DNA of 64,000 bases from an uncultured Gammaproteobacteria bacterium (GCA_964641245.1 CAZXML010000003.1:17395-81394); one strand, 5' to 3'; counted from the first letter of the stretch, positions 1 to 9,697 are shown. A program made the numbers and translations. Notes: generated from the letters alone by a model not told the origin.

Positions 1-653
1 TCGGCCAAAGGAATAAGACTGCCCAAGGCACCACGCTCGCCGGCCAAAAAACCGCTGTTGCCGGACAGATTTTTATCCCAAAAACCCTCTATGCCATAAC
101 GGCCGGATAAATCACCGTTTATATTTTGCCCGGTAAAGCCCAAAATATTTGAGGCCAGATTTCCCTCCGGATAATAACGAAACTCCTGTCCGGTTGTATT
201 TATCCCAGCAAGATTTGCCGATTCAATTTCATTTTTAATTTCTTCGGAAACTTTTTTCGCTATCGGTTCATAAGGGTCGCCGTTCTTGGATAATTTGGCC
301 AGCAAATTAGTTTTTTCTTCCGGAGTGAAATTTAAAATACCTGCTAAAAAATCGGTGGTGGTATTTATTTTGTCGGCGGGGATGTCTCGAGGCACAGCAT
401 ACAACAAATAATATTGCCGGTTTACGGCCGCCGGATATTCTTTGGTTTTATCGCGGGTGTCCTGAAAAAAAACGCTGCCCCGGCGCGGATAAAGTTGTTT
501 GTATATTTCGTGATTATTTAACGCCAACGCCGAATAATATTTCCGGTCCACACCCTGCAAAACAAAAAGTCTGGCAATGATGATGAATGCCGCCAGCAAT
601 GTTAACACAGAAATAACACGGAGTGAATTGTCTGTTTCTTTTTTATCACGCAT
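1..653 (-). CDS. Penicillin-binding protein 2 / FtsI-like transpeptidase, N-terminal part (partial; runs off the window start)
   Basis: Reverse translation from ATG at 651-653 gives MRDKKETDNSLRVISVLTLLAAFIIIARLFVLQGVDRKYY...RYYPEGNLASNILGF...GRYGIEGFWDKNLSG. This matches the TM anchor plus dimerisation-domain motifs of PBP2/FtsI (YPxG..ASHxLGY; GxxGIEK). It is absent from the ORF track only because it lacks a stop inside the window. Confidence 0.6.
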   Translation of the reverse strand, partial: MRDKKETDNSLRVISVLTLLAAFIIIARLFVLQGVDRKYYSALALNNHEIYKQLYPRRGSVFFQDTRDKTKEYPAAVNRQYYLLYAVPRDIPADKINTTTDFLAGILNFTPEEKTNLLAKLSKNGDPYEPIAKKVSEEIKNEIESANLAGINTTGQEFRYYPEGNLASNILGFTGQNINGDLSGRYGIEGFWDKNLSGNSGFLAGERGALGSLIPLA

Positions 654-659
654 TGTGTC

Positions 660-1718
660 CTAACTTAAATTTTTTAAAAATTTTTCTATTCCTATTTGAG
701 GAGATACACTGCCACAGATTATTCTATAGATAGTGTCGGCAAGCGGAGTTTTTAGTTTATATTTTTTGGATAATTTAATTAAAACTCTTGCGGCCGCAAC
801 TCCCTCTACCACCTGGCCGACTTTGGCCATAGCCTCTTCAAAACTTAGTCCGCCGGCCAAAAATTCTCCCAGCCTTCTGTTTCGGCTGGCGGAAGCTAGA
901 CCGGTGCCAATTAAATCTCCTAATCCGGCCAACCCGTAAACCGTTTCCGGACGGCCGCCCATTTTTTTAACCAGCAAACTAATCTCCTGAAGCGCTGATA
1001 CAAATAAAACCGCTTTGGTATTTGTCGGTATTTTTAAACCGTCGCACATGCCCATAGCAATGGCGTAAACATTTTTAAACGAACCGGCCACTTCTACCCC
1101 CACAACGTCGCCGGTAGCAATTAATTTTAAATTTTTATTTTCCATTACTTTTTTTACCAGCCGGATTGCGCGTTCGTCATTTGACGCCACATTCATAGCC
1201 GTAAAATTTCCCTTTACCATTTGTCCGGCAATGGCTGGGCCGGAAATGGCGACAATTTTATTTTTTTGTCCCGATTCCGCCTTTGCCGGCGAAATCGCGG
1301 ATCCTCGATTTTCCGCGGGTGAAAATCGGGACAGACTTTGTTTAATAATATCGGTAATTAAACAAAGAGATTTTTCATCTAAACCTTTGGAAGCATCCAC
1401 ACAAACTGCCGACTTATTTATATACATGGCCGCCTGTTTTAAAATAGGCGCAATGTGGCCGCTGGGAACAGTAATAAAAATAACATCTGCTTTTGCTACG
1501 GTTTTAGCGATGTCCTGTTCCGGAAATATATTTCCGGATAATTTTATACCCGGTAAATATTTTGTATTTTCCCCTTTTTCCTTAATCTGTTTTAACGGCT
1601 CCAAATCACCGCTGTAATTCCACAAATTTACCTTAAACCCATTTAAGGCCACCACTTGCGCAATAGCCGTACCCATATTCCCCGCTCCTAAAACAGCTAC
1701 TAGTTCTTTTTTTTGCAT
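660..1718 (-). CDS. gpsA: Glycerol-3-phosphate dehydrogenase [NAD(P)+]
   Basis: 352 aa. N-terminal GAGNMGTA Rossmann motif and GpsA-like C-terminal domain. Confidence 0.9.
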   Translation of the reverse strand: MQKKELVAVLGAGNMGTAIAQVVALNGFKVNLWNYSGDLEPLKQIKEKGENTKYLPGIKLSGNIFPEQDIAKTVAKADVIFITVPSGHIAPILKQAAMYINKSAVCVDASKGLDEKSLCLITDIIKQSLSRFSPAENRGSAISPAKAESGQKNKIVAISGPAIAGQMVKGNFTAMNVASNDERAIRLVKKVMENKNLKLIATGDVVGVEVAGSFKNVYAIAMGMCDGLKIPTNTKAVLFVSALQEISLLVKKMGGRPETVYGLAGLGDLIGTGLASASRNRRLGEFLAGGLSFEEAMAKVGQVVEGVAAARVLIKLSKKYKLKTPLADTIYRIICGSVSPQIGIEKFLKNLS

Positions 1719-1735
1719 ATTTTAAATATTATTTT

Positions 1736-1840
1736 TGTCATCCTGACTCGCAAATTGTCATTCTGAGTGAAACGAAGAATCTCTGTCTGGTCTGTTTGAA
1801 AACTACAAGATAGAGATCCTTCATTGCATTCAGGATGACA
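1736..1840. repeat. Family B palindromic MITE-like element (inverted orientation) with an extra partial arm
   Basis: tgtcattctgagtgaaacgaagaatctctgtc ... gatagagatccttcattgcattcaggatgaca. Same arms as copies at 3512, 15455 and 32171. Confidence 0.8.
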
Positions 1841-1884
1841 AGAGGTTAAGTTAATTGTACACTATTAAACTCCGATTTTCAAAC

Positions 1885-1925
1885 AAAAAACAGTCGCTAT
1901 TCGAGACTGTTTTTGTTTATTTTTT
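1885..1925. terminator. Bidirectional rho-independent terminator
   Basis: Hairpin acagtcgctattcgagactgt flanked by an A-run on the 5' side and a T-run on the 3' side. Lies between gpsA and ndk. Confidence 0.7.
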
Positions 1926-2527
1926 TACTCTAAAATTCCGTCTAAATTTACATCGTAAAGTATTTCCTCATTCAATTGGCGGTAATTTACCAGTTCTTCC
2001 GGTTTGAACCAAATTTTCATTTCTCTTTCGGCTTCTTCAGGCTTATCGGAAGCATGAATAAGATTACGAACCGCGCGTTCGTCTAAACTGGAAAGAGCGT
2101 AGGAATCTAAAGTATAATCTCCGCGAATTGTGCCGACGTCCGATGTTAACGGCTCGGTGCCGCCAACCAGTTTAGCCACAATTCCCACCGCCTGATTACC
2201 GGACAAAACCATAGCTACTACCGGCCCGGAGGTCATAAACTTCACCAATGCGCGCACGATATCTTTGCCGTATTCTACAGCCTCTTTATCTACCGACAAA
2301 CCGGCGGCCTGGCGGTCGGCCATAGTTCGTTCGCCTTTTTTGGCAAACCACGCTTCATCTTTATTATAATGAGTCCAGCACTGTTCTTCGGTAGGAACAA
2401 CCATTTTTAAAGCCACAATCTTCAAACCAACGCGTTCAACCCGTTTCAAAATTTCTCCGACTAAACCACGCTGTACGCCGTCCGGTTTTATCATGACAAA
2501 ACTTCTTTCTTTAGAAGGATGGGACAT
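1925..2527 (-). CDS. ndk: Nucleoside diphosphate kinase (long form)
   Basis: 200 aa. Canonical NDK N-terminal signature MIKPDGVQRGLVGEI. Confidence 0.9.
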   Translation of the reverse strand: MSHPSKERSFVMIKPDGVQRGLVGEILKRVERVGLKIVALKMVVPTEEQCWTHYNKDEAWFAKKGERTMADRQAAGLSVDKEAVEYGKDIVRALVKFMTSGPVVAMVLSGNQAVGIVAKLVGGTEPLTSDVGTIRGDYTLDSYALSSLDERAVRNLIHASDKPEEAEREMKIWFKPEELVNYRQLNEEILYDVNLDGILE

Positions 2528-2609
2528 ATTAGCTTTTTAGCTTGTAGCTTCTTAGGCCGATCGGCCCCATAGCTTTTTAGTTAATTTATAATCGAAATGA
2601 GTGAGTTAA

Positions 2610-2700
2610 ATAATTTATGAGAAAATAATGAGCTTGCTTGATTATTTTTGAATTAAATTATTTATGAGCGAATGAGATTATATGGACTTTAGCCCATATT
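2610..2700. repeat. Conserved promoter/leader element L (degenerate copy) upstream of ndk
   Basis: Shares ...gagcgaatgagattatatggactttagcccatattgtg and aaataat...ctcactcatttcg blocks with the copies at 6541-6633 and 55767-55853. Confidence 0.6.
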
Positions 2701-2731
2701 GTGTTCATGATAATACAAAACACATCAAAAG

Positions 2732-3088
2732 TCAACACATCACACAAAAACGGAAGCTAACTTTACCCTCGCTTCTTTTTAGCTCCACAATCAATCCGGC
2801 GGTAATTAAGGACTTGTCTATAATTTTCCGGCTGTAACAATAGGCGCGGATTGCTTTGGCCAGTTTTCTTTTTTGAAAATATGAAATGGCGTCGTCGTGG
2901 GCGAACTCGCTGCCGGTTCTGGTTTTTACTTCTATAAAATAATAATCATCGCCTTTGGCGGCGATGACGTCTATTTCTCCCAGAGTGGTGTGATAATTGC
3001 GTTCAATAATCTTAAAACCGTGCCGTTCCAGAAACTTGCAGGCCTGCTCTTCGCCCCAATCACCCAGGTCTTTGTTTCTTCGCGACAT
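2732..3088 (-). CDS. YraN-family endonuclease (UPF0102)
   Basis: 118 aa. Pattern GEEQACKFLERHGFKIIERNY...GEIDVIA...EVKTR is typical of UPF0102/YraN. Confidence 0.75.
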   Translation of the reverse strand: MSRRNKDLGDWGEEQACKFLERHGFKIIERNYHTTLGEIDVIAAKGDDYYFIEVKTRTGSEFAHDDAISYFQKRKLAKAIRAYCYSRKIIDKSLITAGLIVELKRSEGKVSFRFCVMC

Positions 3089-3090
3089 AA

Positions 3091-3498
3091 CTATTTACTT
3101 GAGTGCGGTAAATATTTTTCCACGTTGGCGCGTCTGGCTTCTTCAGATTTAATTTCGGGAATTCTTTTTATTGCGTAGCGGGCCAAACGGTAGGCCCAGA
3201 ATACTACCACTGCCAACCATAACAACAACCAAAAACGCCAAGCTAAAAAAGCGACTCTTTCCTGACGAAAAAACATCCAAAGCAACCCCAAAAAGCCCAT
3301 CGTAATTCCCAAACTGCCGGCTCTTTTTAAAATTAATCTTTTTGATTTTTCGTTTTGATATTGGGATAAAATTTTAGAAACCAAACCGGCCACAATAAAA
3401 AATAAAAAACCACCGATCAGCATCCACAAAGCGGATCCGCGGGCGGTGAAAGGTTGATTAAACCAGTAATCCAGGTAAAACAAGTTTTGTATATTCAT
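3091..3498 (-). CDS. Hypothetical membrane protein
   Basis: 135 aa with 3-4 hydrophobic helices. No recognisable family. Confidence 0.5.
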   Translation of the reverse strand: MNIQNLFYLDYWFNQPFTARGSALWMLIGGFLFFIVAGLVSKILSQYQNEKSKRLILKRAGSLGITMGFLGLLWMFFRQERVAFLAWRFWLLLWLAVVVFWAYRLARYAIKRIPEIKSEEARRANVEKYLPHSSK

Positions 3499-3511
3499 AG
3501 TGTTCGTTAAT

Positions 3512-3589
3512 TGTCATCCTGAATGCAATGAAGGATCTCTGTCTCAATCGCCGAACGGACAGAGATTCTTCGCTTCACTCAGAATGACA
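3512..3589. repeat. Family B palindromic MITE-like element (compact copy)
   Basis: tgtcatcctgaatgcaatgaaggatctctgtc + 14 nt + gacagagattcttcgcttcactcagaatgaca. Confidence 0.85.
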
Positions 3590-3598
3590 GGCGGTGAT

Positions 3599-4147
3599 TT
3601 AAACTTTCTCAAAGATTAATGAATAATGATATTCTCCGGCGTCAACTTTATCTATAAACTTTAAATTTGCCTGCGCGGCCAAGCGCATCGCTTCATCCGG
3701 ATTCAACATGGCTTCATCAGCCGGGCCCAATGTTCCCAGTTTTTTTGCCCAATCCACTACCACCAAATAACCACCGGGTTTTAGCATGCGCGCGGCTTCC
3801 TTGATGGCGCCGGCTTTGTTCTTCAGTTGAAATAGTACATTAACATAAAAGCATGCGTCAAGGGAGTTGTCTGGAATGGGAGTTTTGCCCGGCATTTCTA
3901 TGTCGGACCAAACCGTCTGCACGTTGTCGTAACCCTCGCTCCGGGCCATGCTTTTTATGCTGTCCAAAATATTTTTTACCACATCTACGGCGTAAACAAT
4001 GCCTTTTTCACCCACTATTTTAACCGCTGGAAAAACAAAATGGCCGGTGCGTCCGCAACCCAAATCCGCCACCCTTTTTCCTTCGGATAGCGATATCTTT
4101 TCAAAAATTTTATACGGGTCAACTAGGGCGGTGCCGGAGTGAGACAT
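3599..4147 (-). CDS. Class I SAM-dependent methyltransferase
   Basis: 182 aa. Motif I VADLGCGRTGH and motif post-I YAVDV. Confidence 0.7.
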   Translation of the reverse strand: MSHSGTALVDPYKIFEKISLSEGKRVADLGCGRTGHFVFPAVKIVGEKGIVYAVDVVKNILDSIKSMARSEGYDNVQTVWSDIEMPGKTPIPDNSLDACFYVNVLFQLKNKAGAIKEAARMLKPGGYLVVVDWAKKLGTLGPADEAMLNPDEAMRLAAQANLKFIDKVDAGEYHYSLIFEKV

Positions 4148-4227
4148 AAATGATTAAGTGATATGGAAATTAGGAAATAGAGAAATTGATTTCTAAGTTT
4201 CTTAATTTCATTAATTTCTATTATTAT

Positions 4228-4470
4228 TTATCGTACGAATATCTTCCCAACCGTGCCGACTAAAAATCCGTTTATCATGTTGGTAATGGCCAGGAATCCA
4301 AAAAAAATAAAAAGAATGCCGATTAATTTATACATTAAACGGGTACCGCCATTATAACCTAAATGTTCTTCGGCCCAAGCGTTGGTGCCAAAATTCTGAA
4401 TAAACCATTCGGTTTTAAGAACCAGAAATACACCTACGATTACCATTACAATGCCGATAAAATAGCGCAT
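4228..4470 (-). CDS. Small hypothetical membrane protein
   Basis: 80 aa with two predicted TM helices. Confidence 0.4.
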   Translation of the reverse strand: MRYFIGIVMVIVGVFLVLKTEWFIQNFGTNAWAEEHLGYNGGTRLMYKLIGILFIFFGFLAITNMINGFLVGTVGKIFVR

Positions 4471-4630
4471 AACATTAAACTTAACACTAAACTTTCTACT
4501 TAAAATTTTACCATTTTACAGAAAAAAAAGAAAGCCCCCAGGCTATATAACAGATGTCGCCTCAAGTTTAATTTAAAATGGCTAAAAGGCCAATCTGCCT
4601 GCCGGCAGGCAGGTGTTTTATTTAATTAAA

Positions 4631-4666
4631 TTGACAGGGTATAAACGGGTTTGATATATTTAATGT
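4631..4666 (+). promoter_or_regulatory. Sigma70-like promoter (TTGACA-17-ATATAT) for the 4696 ORF
   Basis: ttgacagggtataaacgggtttgatatattt, followed by RBS aaaggagc 6 nt before ATG 4696. Confidence 0.55.
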
Positions 4667-4695
4667 GTTCACAACCCCACAAAAAGGAGCGGCAG

Positions 4696-5034
4696 ATGAG
4701 CGACGACAAGAAAACCGAAAAACCGTTGGAAAACCCGCAGATTTATGTAGAAGTTGTCCCAAGAAATAAGACTAATCCGGCGCATCAGGAGGCTGCAAAA
4801 AACCTTGAGGAAAAACTTGAGGAAAATGTAAAAAAGGCCCTTGAGGAAAATAAGGACGGTGGCAAGGACAAGCAGTTCAGAGCGGCGGAGCAGGAAACGA
4901 AAAAGGCCGGTGAGGCAACCAGCAGCGAGAAAATAAAAAAAATTAAAGTTGGTGTGGGCGGCCATGACGAAGCCGGAGACCATGAAGAACGCGATTGGTC
5001 GGTGAACCCCAAAGAAGGCAAGCCGGCGCCATAG
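4696..5034 (+). CDS. Hypothetical small highly charged (K/E-rich) protein
   Basis: Start MSDDKKTEKP is preceded by AAAGGAG. The antisense ORF 4669..5043 was rejected. Confidence 0.45.
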   Translation: MSDDKKTEKPLENPQIYVEVVPRNKTNPAHQEAAKNLEEKLEENVKKALEENKDGGKDKQFRAAEQETKKAGEATSSEKIKKIKVGVGGHDEAGDHEERDWSVNPKEGKPAP

Positions 5035-5176
5035 CTCTTTCAAGAATTTATTGTTATTTCAGTACAATCCCTCAACCGGGGTTGTTTTTTTAAAAGGCCG
5101 CCACACTCAAACCGCCACAAATCCGAACCACCGTTTCGCTCATCGTCCCCTCCGTCGTGAATGTTGTTTTTCCTTC

Positions 5177-5260
5177 TGGTGCCCGGAAGAGGATTCGAAC
5201 CTCCACACCTTACGGCATATGCACCTCAAGCATACGTGTATACCATTTCACCACCCGGGC
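5177..5260 (-). tRNA. tRNA-Leu (anticodon GAG)
   Basis: Reverse complement is gcccgggtggtgaaatggtat...cttgaggtgcata...long variable arm...ggttcgaatcctcttccgggcacca. It has a 7 bp acceptor, a TTCGAAT T-loop, a long variable arm and anticodon loop ttGAGgt. Confidence 0.8.
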
Positions 5261-6024
5261 TAAAACTTCCGATCTCTGCCCACAATCATTTCCACCTTGC
5301 TATGAGCTAATTTTATTTTTACTTTTATTTCTTTGGACATCTTGCCGTCCGCCTCTACGGCAAACGGTTCCTTGCCGGAAATTATCATTTCTTCAAATGG
5401 AAAGATGCTGGGCTCCTCGTATTTATATCCCCACCAGCCACTCTTTGTCAATGGGCGGATAAAGGCTTCCAGCTTTCCGTCTTGCGGATGCACAACACTT
5501 TGTTCCTTGTCTTTTTTATCTCTTTTCCAAAAAAACGGTTGGAGATTACAAACTATCACTTCCATTTTATCTACGGCGGTTACTTTAAACCGTTCATCAT
5601 AGACAACTTCCAATTTAGCCGGCATGACCTTTAATTGAGAAACAAAATAACGATTGTTCATCCAGCCCACATCCAAAAATTCTTTGCGGCGGCGGGATAA
5701 AACCGTGCACGCTTCTATGCCTACCGGAATACCCAAAACTTCGGCAATAGTATTATTCGGACCAACCGGTAAAAAACCAAATGTGCAGTCGCAAGTGGCG
5801 CTGCGCGAAAGTATCTGCCCAAAAGTGGCGTCGTTGCCGACGATAACAATAGTTTTGGCGCCGCGTTTTATTTCGTCTTCAATAACGGCTTTGGAATCGG
5901 TGTAATTCTGCAAACGCAAAATTTTACCGGCTATGCCGTAATCGGTGAGGATGACTTCCATTGCGTGAATGGTGGAGAGAAAGTTTTTTTTGCGTAAAAA
6001 ATTGTCGTAGATATAAACATACAT
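5260..6024 (-). CDS. Diacylglycerol-kinase catalytic domain family lipid kinase (YegS/BmrU-like)
   Basis: 254 aa. IVIVGNDATFGQIL resembles the GGDGT loop of DAGK_cat. Confidence 0.5.
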   Translation of the reverse strand: MYVYIYDNFLRKKNFLSTIHAMEVILTDYGIAGKILRLQNYTDSKAVIEDEIKRGAKTIVIVGNDATFGQILSRSATCDCTFGFLPVGPNNTIAEVLGIPVGIEACTVLSRRRKEFLDVGWMNNRYFVSQLKVMPAKLEVVYDERFKVTAVDKMEVIVCNLQPFFWKRDKKDKEQSVVHPQDGKLEAFIRPLTKSGWWGYKYEEPSIFPFEEMIISGKEPFAVEADGKMSKEIKVKIKLAHSKVEMIVGRDRKF

Positions 6025-6063
6025 AATTTAAAATAACACCGAAATTACGAAATATTTCGAAAA

Positions 6064-6540
6064 CTACGAACCGAATTGCGGCGTGGCATCATCGGTCTTG
6101 CGGAAGGTTTTTGTTTTTACGGATTTCTCGCCAACCTCAATGCCCGGCATGGAAATTTTACCAAATACCAGCGCGCCTGATTCAACTTTTAAATTCTTAA
6201 CATCTATATCACCAACAACTCTGGAAGTGGAAACCAATTCCAGCGTTTCTTTTATTTTCATGTTTCCTTTTACTTCTCCGGCAATGGTGGCGCTACCCGC
6301 CCGGACGTTGGCAATAATTTTTGCGCCCATTTCTACCGTTAAGTGTTTGCTGGTGAATACGCTTCCCGAGACCGTTCCTTTTACCACAATATTTCCTTCC
6401 GAAGCAAAATCACCCTCTACGTTTACCGAAGGACCGACTACGGTTTCCACCTCATCCTGAACATGCTGGTGAGCGTGTTCATTCACTTCCGGTTCATTGC
6501 TTTCTTCTGTGGTTTTTTGAGCAGGCCTTTGGAATATCAT
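6064..6540 (-). CDS. Bactofilin-family cytoskeletal protein
   Basis: 158 aa. Repetitive V.G.V.G beta-helix pattern (GNIVVKGTVSGSV..GAKIIANVRAGSATIAGEVKGNM) with an acidic N-terminus. Confidence 0.6.
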   Translation of the reverse strand: MIFQRPAQKTTEESNEPEVNEHAHQHVQDEVETVVGPSVNVEGDFASEGNIVVKGTVSGSVFTSKHLTVEMGAKIIANVRAGSATIAGEVKGNMKIKETLELVSTSRVVGDIDVKNLKVESGALVFGKISMPGIEVGEKSVKTKTFRKTDDATPQFGS

Positions 6541-6633
6541 ATTCGCGATAAATGAGAGAAATAAGCAAATGTTTTTGATTATTTCCGAGTGAATGAGAAT
6601 ATATGGACAAAGCCCCTATATTTATATATATAA
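6541..6633. repeat. Conserved promoter/leader element L, copy upstream of the bactofilin gene
   Basis: About 85% identical to the reverse complement of 55767-55853. Contains inverted repeat aaataagcaaa-tgtt-tttgattattt (6559-6584) and the TGGACAaagcccctatattt motif. Confidence 0.8.
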
Positions 6634-6642
6634 TGAATAATA

Positions 6643-6708
6643 TGTCATCCTGAACTTGTTTCAGGATCTAATCGAGATACCAGATGCTGAACTAAATTCA
6701 GCATGACA
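6643..6708. repeat. Family A palindromic double-hairpin element
   Basis: gtcatcctgaacttgtttcaggatc ... gatgctgaactaaattcagcatgaca. Confidence 0.85.
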
Positions 6709-6746
6709 ATAACGTTATTATACACCTTTATTTTAAAAAAACCAAT

Positions 6747-8363
6747 TTACCTCGGTTGGACTACCTGCTTAAACGGAATCCAAAAACCAAACTCGCTTCC
6801 CTTGCCCAAACCGTCGCTAAGCGCCCAAACACGCCCGTCGTGAGCTTCAATAAATTTACGGCAAACATACAAGCCCAGCCCGGTGCCGATGACGTTCTTT
6901 GCCTTTACATTATCTCCGCGATAAAATTTCTGATAAAAATTAACTCCGTCTTTCTTTTCAAATCCGATGCCCTGATCGGTAACACGCACCGCCACGCCGC
7001 CCTCTTCTTCGGCAAACATTACTTTTATAATTCCTTTATCGCTATACTTAACGGCATTATCTATAAAATTAAATATTACATGGTGAATTTTTTCTTTATC
7101 GCAGTAAATATTTTTTATTTCTTTTGGACACGCCCACTTAATTTTCATTTTCTTCTGCTCGGCTTTGATTTTAAGATCGTTCATCGCGCTGTCTATTAAG
7201 CCGCAAATATTCACCGTATTAAATTCATATTTAGTACGATCTTGTTCTATGCGGGAAATATCCAAAAATTCGTCCACTAACTTTACCAGATGCTCATTGT
7301 TAGTATCCATGCGGGCCAGCGCTTTCACGGTCAGCGGATCCACATTGCCGTAGGCGCCGTCTTTAATAAGTTCTATATAGCCCTTTAAAATGGAAAGCGG
7401 CGTGCGTAATTGATGCGAAGCAATTGATAGAAATTCGGTTTTTTGCTTGTCCAGTTCCTGCAGGCGGATATTGGCGCTTTCTAAAGATTCCGCCAGCTTG
7501 GTAACTTCTTGGCGGCGAATGACCTCTCTTTTTACAGACTCGACAAACAGGAAGCCGACCAGCGCGATAACAGCGGCAAACAAAATGCTTTCCAAAATTT
7601 GAACCTGCGACTGGGAAAAAAAGATTTGCATGACTACAAAAAAATCAAGAACTCCAACCAAAACTTCGGTGGCTATTACTTTGGTGCCCAGCAATCCATG
7701 CTTGGTAACCGCGTAAAACAGCATGACCGGAAAAATTAAACCGGTAATATACGCAAAAGGAAATTTAGTATCTATGCCGTACGCGTAAAGATAAGCGGTC
7801 CCGCCGATAAGCATTACCTGCGCAAAAGCAATTAATACATAAATGGTCTGCACTCTAAAAATACGATCCTTTGATTTGCGGTAGCCGCGGAAAAGATTCG
7901 TGAAAAATATTCCCACGCTCAAAAAGAAATATCCTAAAAAAATATTGTGCAATATGCGGGCTTGAGAATGCGCGCCCCAGGAATAAACATTTAAGCCGTC
8001 GACAAAATAAGGCGTCCGGCTGGCAAAAAGGAAAAATATGCCTATAAGATAATTTACAAACAATAAAATTCTTTGTTTTGTCCGGGCGCTTTTGGTAAAA
8101 ACCAAACTAAAATGATGCATTAGCGACGGCATCATGATGACGCCCAAATAAACAAACCTGTCCCAGAAAATTGCCCTGGCAATATTATCACGCGTATCAA
8201 ACATCATAAACGTGCCGAACAGCCAAAAAAACATGCAGATATTAAAAGCAAACAATAATTGGTTCATGCGCGAGCGCGGATCTTTAAAAAAGATAAACAC
8301 ACCCAACATGGCCACGAATATAGCGCAGATTAAAGGGAGAACTGTGAAGATGTCTAAAAACAT
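6747..8363 (-). CDS. Sensor histidine kinase with multi-TM N-terminal domain (orphan; no adjacent response regulator)
   Basis: 538 aa. About 7 TM helices, H-box ASHQLRTPLSIL, and HATPase_c G-boxes GTGLGLYVCRKFIEAHDGRVW. Confidence 0.85.
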   Translation of the reverse strand: MFLDIFTVLPLICAIFVAMLGVFIFFKDPRSRMNQLLFAFNICMFFWLFGTFMMFDTRDNIARAIFWDRFVYLGVIMMPSLMHHFSLVFTKSARTKQRILLFVNYLIGIFFLFASRTPYFVDGLNVYSWGAHSQARILHNIFLGYFFLSVGIFFTNLFRGYRKSKDRIFRVQTIYVLIAFAQVMLIGGTAYLYAYGIDTKFPFAYITGLIFPVMLFYAVTKHGLLGTKVIATEVLVGVLDFFVVMQIFFSQSQVQILESILFAAVIALVGFLFVESVKREVIRRQEVTKLAESLESANIRLQELDKQKTEFLSIASHQLRTPLSILKGYIELIKDGAYGNVDPLTVKALARMDTNNEHLVKLVDEFLDISRIEQDRTKYEFNTVNICGLIDSAMNDLKIKAEQKKMKIKWACPKEIKNIYCDKEKIHHVIFNFIDNAVKYSDKGIIKVMFAEEEGGVAVRVTDQGIGFEKKDGVNFYQKFYRGDNVKAKNVIGTGLGLYVCRKFIEAHDGRVWALSDGLGKGSEFGFWIPFKQVVQPR

Positions 8364-8380
8364 AACATATATTATATCAC

Positions 8381-8431
8381 AAAAAAAAGAGAGGAGCGAA
8401 CGGTCGTTTTTTTGACGACCACTCGCTCCTC
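8381..8431 (-). terminator. Rho-independent terminator for the 8444-9634 gene
   Basis: Long hairpin gaggagcgaacggtcg/cgaccactcgctcctc. On the minus strand it is followed by a T8 run. Confidence 0.7.
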
Positions 8432-8443
8432 GTTTAGATATGT

Positions 8444-9634
8444 TTACTTCTTAGCGCAAAAATCCTTTACGCCCTGCCAGCTAAGCGCTTTGCCGAATGA
8501 TGTTGGCGGCTGGGCCACAAAACCAATTTCTCGGAACCGATCACGGGACCAGATGAGCTCTTCGGTGGGAATATTAGTCCCAACCAAGTTCCCCTTCCAG
8601 CGAAACATGGCGCGCGCGATTGTTTCTCCGGCGCATCCCCAAAGCACATGCTCACGGCCGGCGCCGCAATCCACAATGTTATTTCCGAAGGCTTCGGGAA
8701 TAACGCTAAGGCGGGAAAATTCTCCACAGCCGGCATTTAATACCAGCCGGCCTTCCCAATCGGCGTGAGGCGAACAAGCCGGCGGCGTGGCCACATCCAA
8801 CACCAAGGCGCCCTCCGGAACTTCGTGCGGTTTTAGTTTCATGTTGCCGCCGGTCGCTACAATCACAACATTGATATTATGTTCCAGACAAGCTCGGGCT
8901 TTGTTCTGATGGGTGAACACCGGATATTTGGAACCGGCGCACTCCTCTACCACCCGCCTCTGCTGCTGAAGCTTATCAAACTTGTCGGTTTTTCCCTCTT
9001 CGTCTTTTTGACCGACGAGAAGGATTAATTCCGGGTTTAAAATTGACGCCGCCCGCGAAACAACACCGCCGATAGCGCCGTAAGCGCCGATGACGGCCAA
9101 TCGCGGATGTTCTATTCCGGACAGGCGCACCGCTTCCAAAGTAAGAGCGGCCGAACCGGCATCACCATGAGTCGTACTGACTCCGGGGCTGTCGGCCAGT
9201 TCTGGCCGTCTGTTTCTAAACAGATAACCATGATCCGTGGCTACTTTTGTATAGGCTCCCCAACCAATTACCAAATCTACATTATCCGGCTTGGCATCAT
9301 GCAGAATGGCGTATTCGGCGGCAGCTTCCACCCAGCTATACGCCTCATTACTGCGGATGGCCCCCAAAAATCGATCGGCAAAAACCGGAATAACATAAAA
9401 ATCCACCCAGACAGGACGACCGCCGCTTTCGGGAGGCGGCACCGCCGGAAAGCTAAGCCAGCGGATAAAACCTGGCGGTTCATGCTTGTCCGGCCAATCC
9501 CTGCCGATTTTATGCAAAGAGTCTTCGATTTGTTTTGATGACAAAAAACCCGGTACGAGCGCATGACCAAAAAAAGCCACCCGCGCCCAATTTTTTTCGG
9601 GCCAGTCTTTTCGGCGCTTCAGATGAGAATACAT
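8444..9634 (-). CDS. GC-rich hypothetical NAD(P)-binding Rossmann-fold protein (shikimate-DH-like fold suspected)
   Basis: Likely start MYSHLKRRKDW, with perfect AAGGAG 7 nt upstream; the longer track ORF is an upstream extension. Motifs AVIGAYGAIGGVVS and NVVIVATGG. GC content is clearly higher than in the flanking aaRS genes. Confidence 0.4.
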   Translation of the reverse strand: MYSHLKRRKDWPEKNWARVAFFGHALVPGFLSSKQIEDSLHKIGRDWPDKHEPPGFIRWLSFPAVPPPESGGRPVWVDFYVIPVFADRFLGAIRSNEAYSWVEAAAEYAILHDAKPDNVDLVIGWGAYTKVATDHGYLFRNRRPELADSPGVSTTHGDAGSAALTLEAVRLSGIEHPRLAVIGAYGAIGGVVSRAASILNPELILLVGQKDEEGKTDKFDKLQQQRRVVEECAGSKYPVFTHQNKARACLEHNINVVIVATGGNMKLKPHEVPEGALVLDVATPPACSPHADWEGRLVLNAGCGEFSRLSVIPEAFGNNIVDCGAGREHVLWGCAGETIARAMFRWKGNLVGTNIPTEELIWSRDRFREIGFVAQPPTSFGKALSWQGVKDFCAKK

Positions 9635-9697
9635 TGGCAGTCTCCTTGTGCAGTTGGGGGTTTTGAATTGAAATGAACGAACCAACGCTTAAATATA

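Noticed and set aside
4669-5043. 124-aa minus-strand ORF overlapping the small charged-protein gene
   Set aside because: Promoter and AAAGGAG RBS are on the plus strand. The minus ORF is a low-complexity hydrophobic antisense frame.
8412-8768. 118-aa plus-strand ORF
   Set aside because: It lies entirely antisense within the minus-strand GC-rich gene. High-GC antisense frames are commonly open, and there is no RBS or domain.
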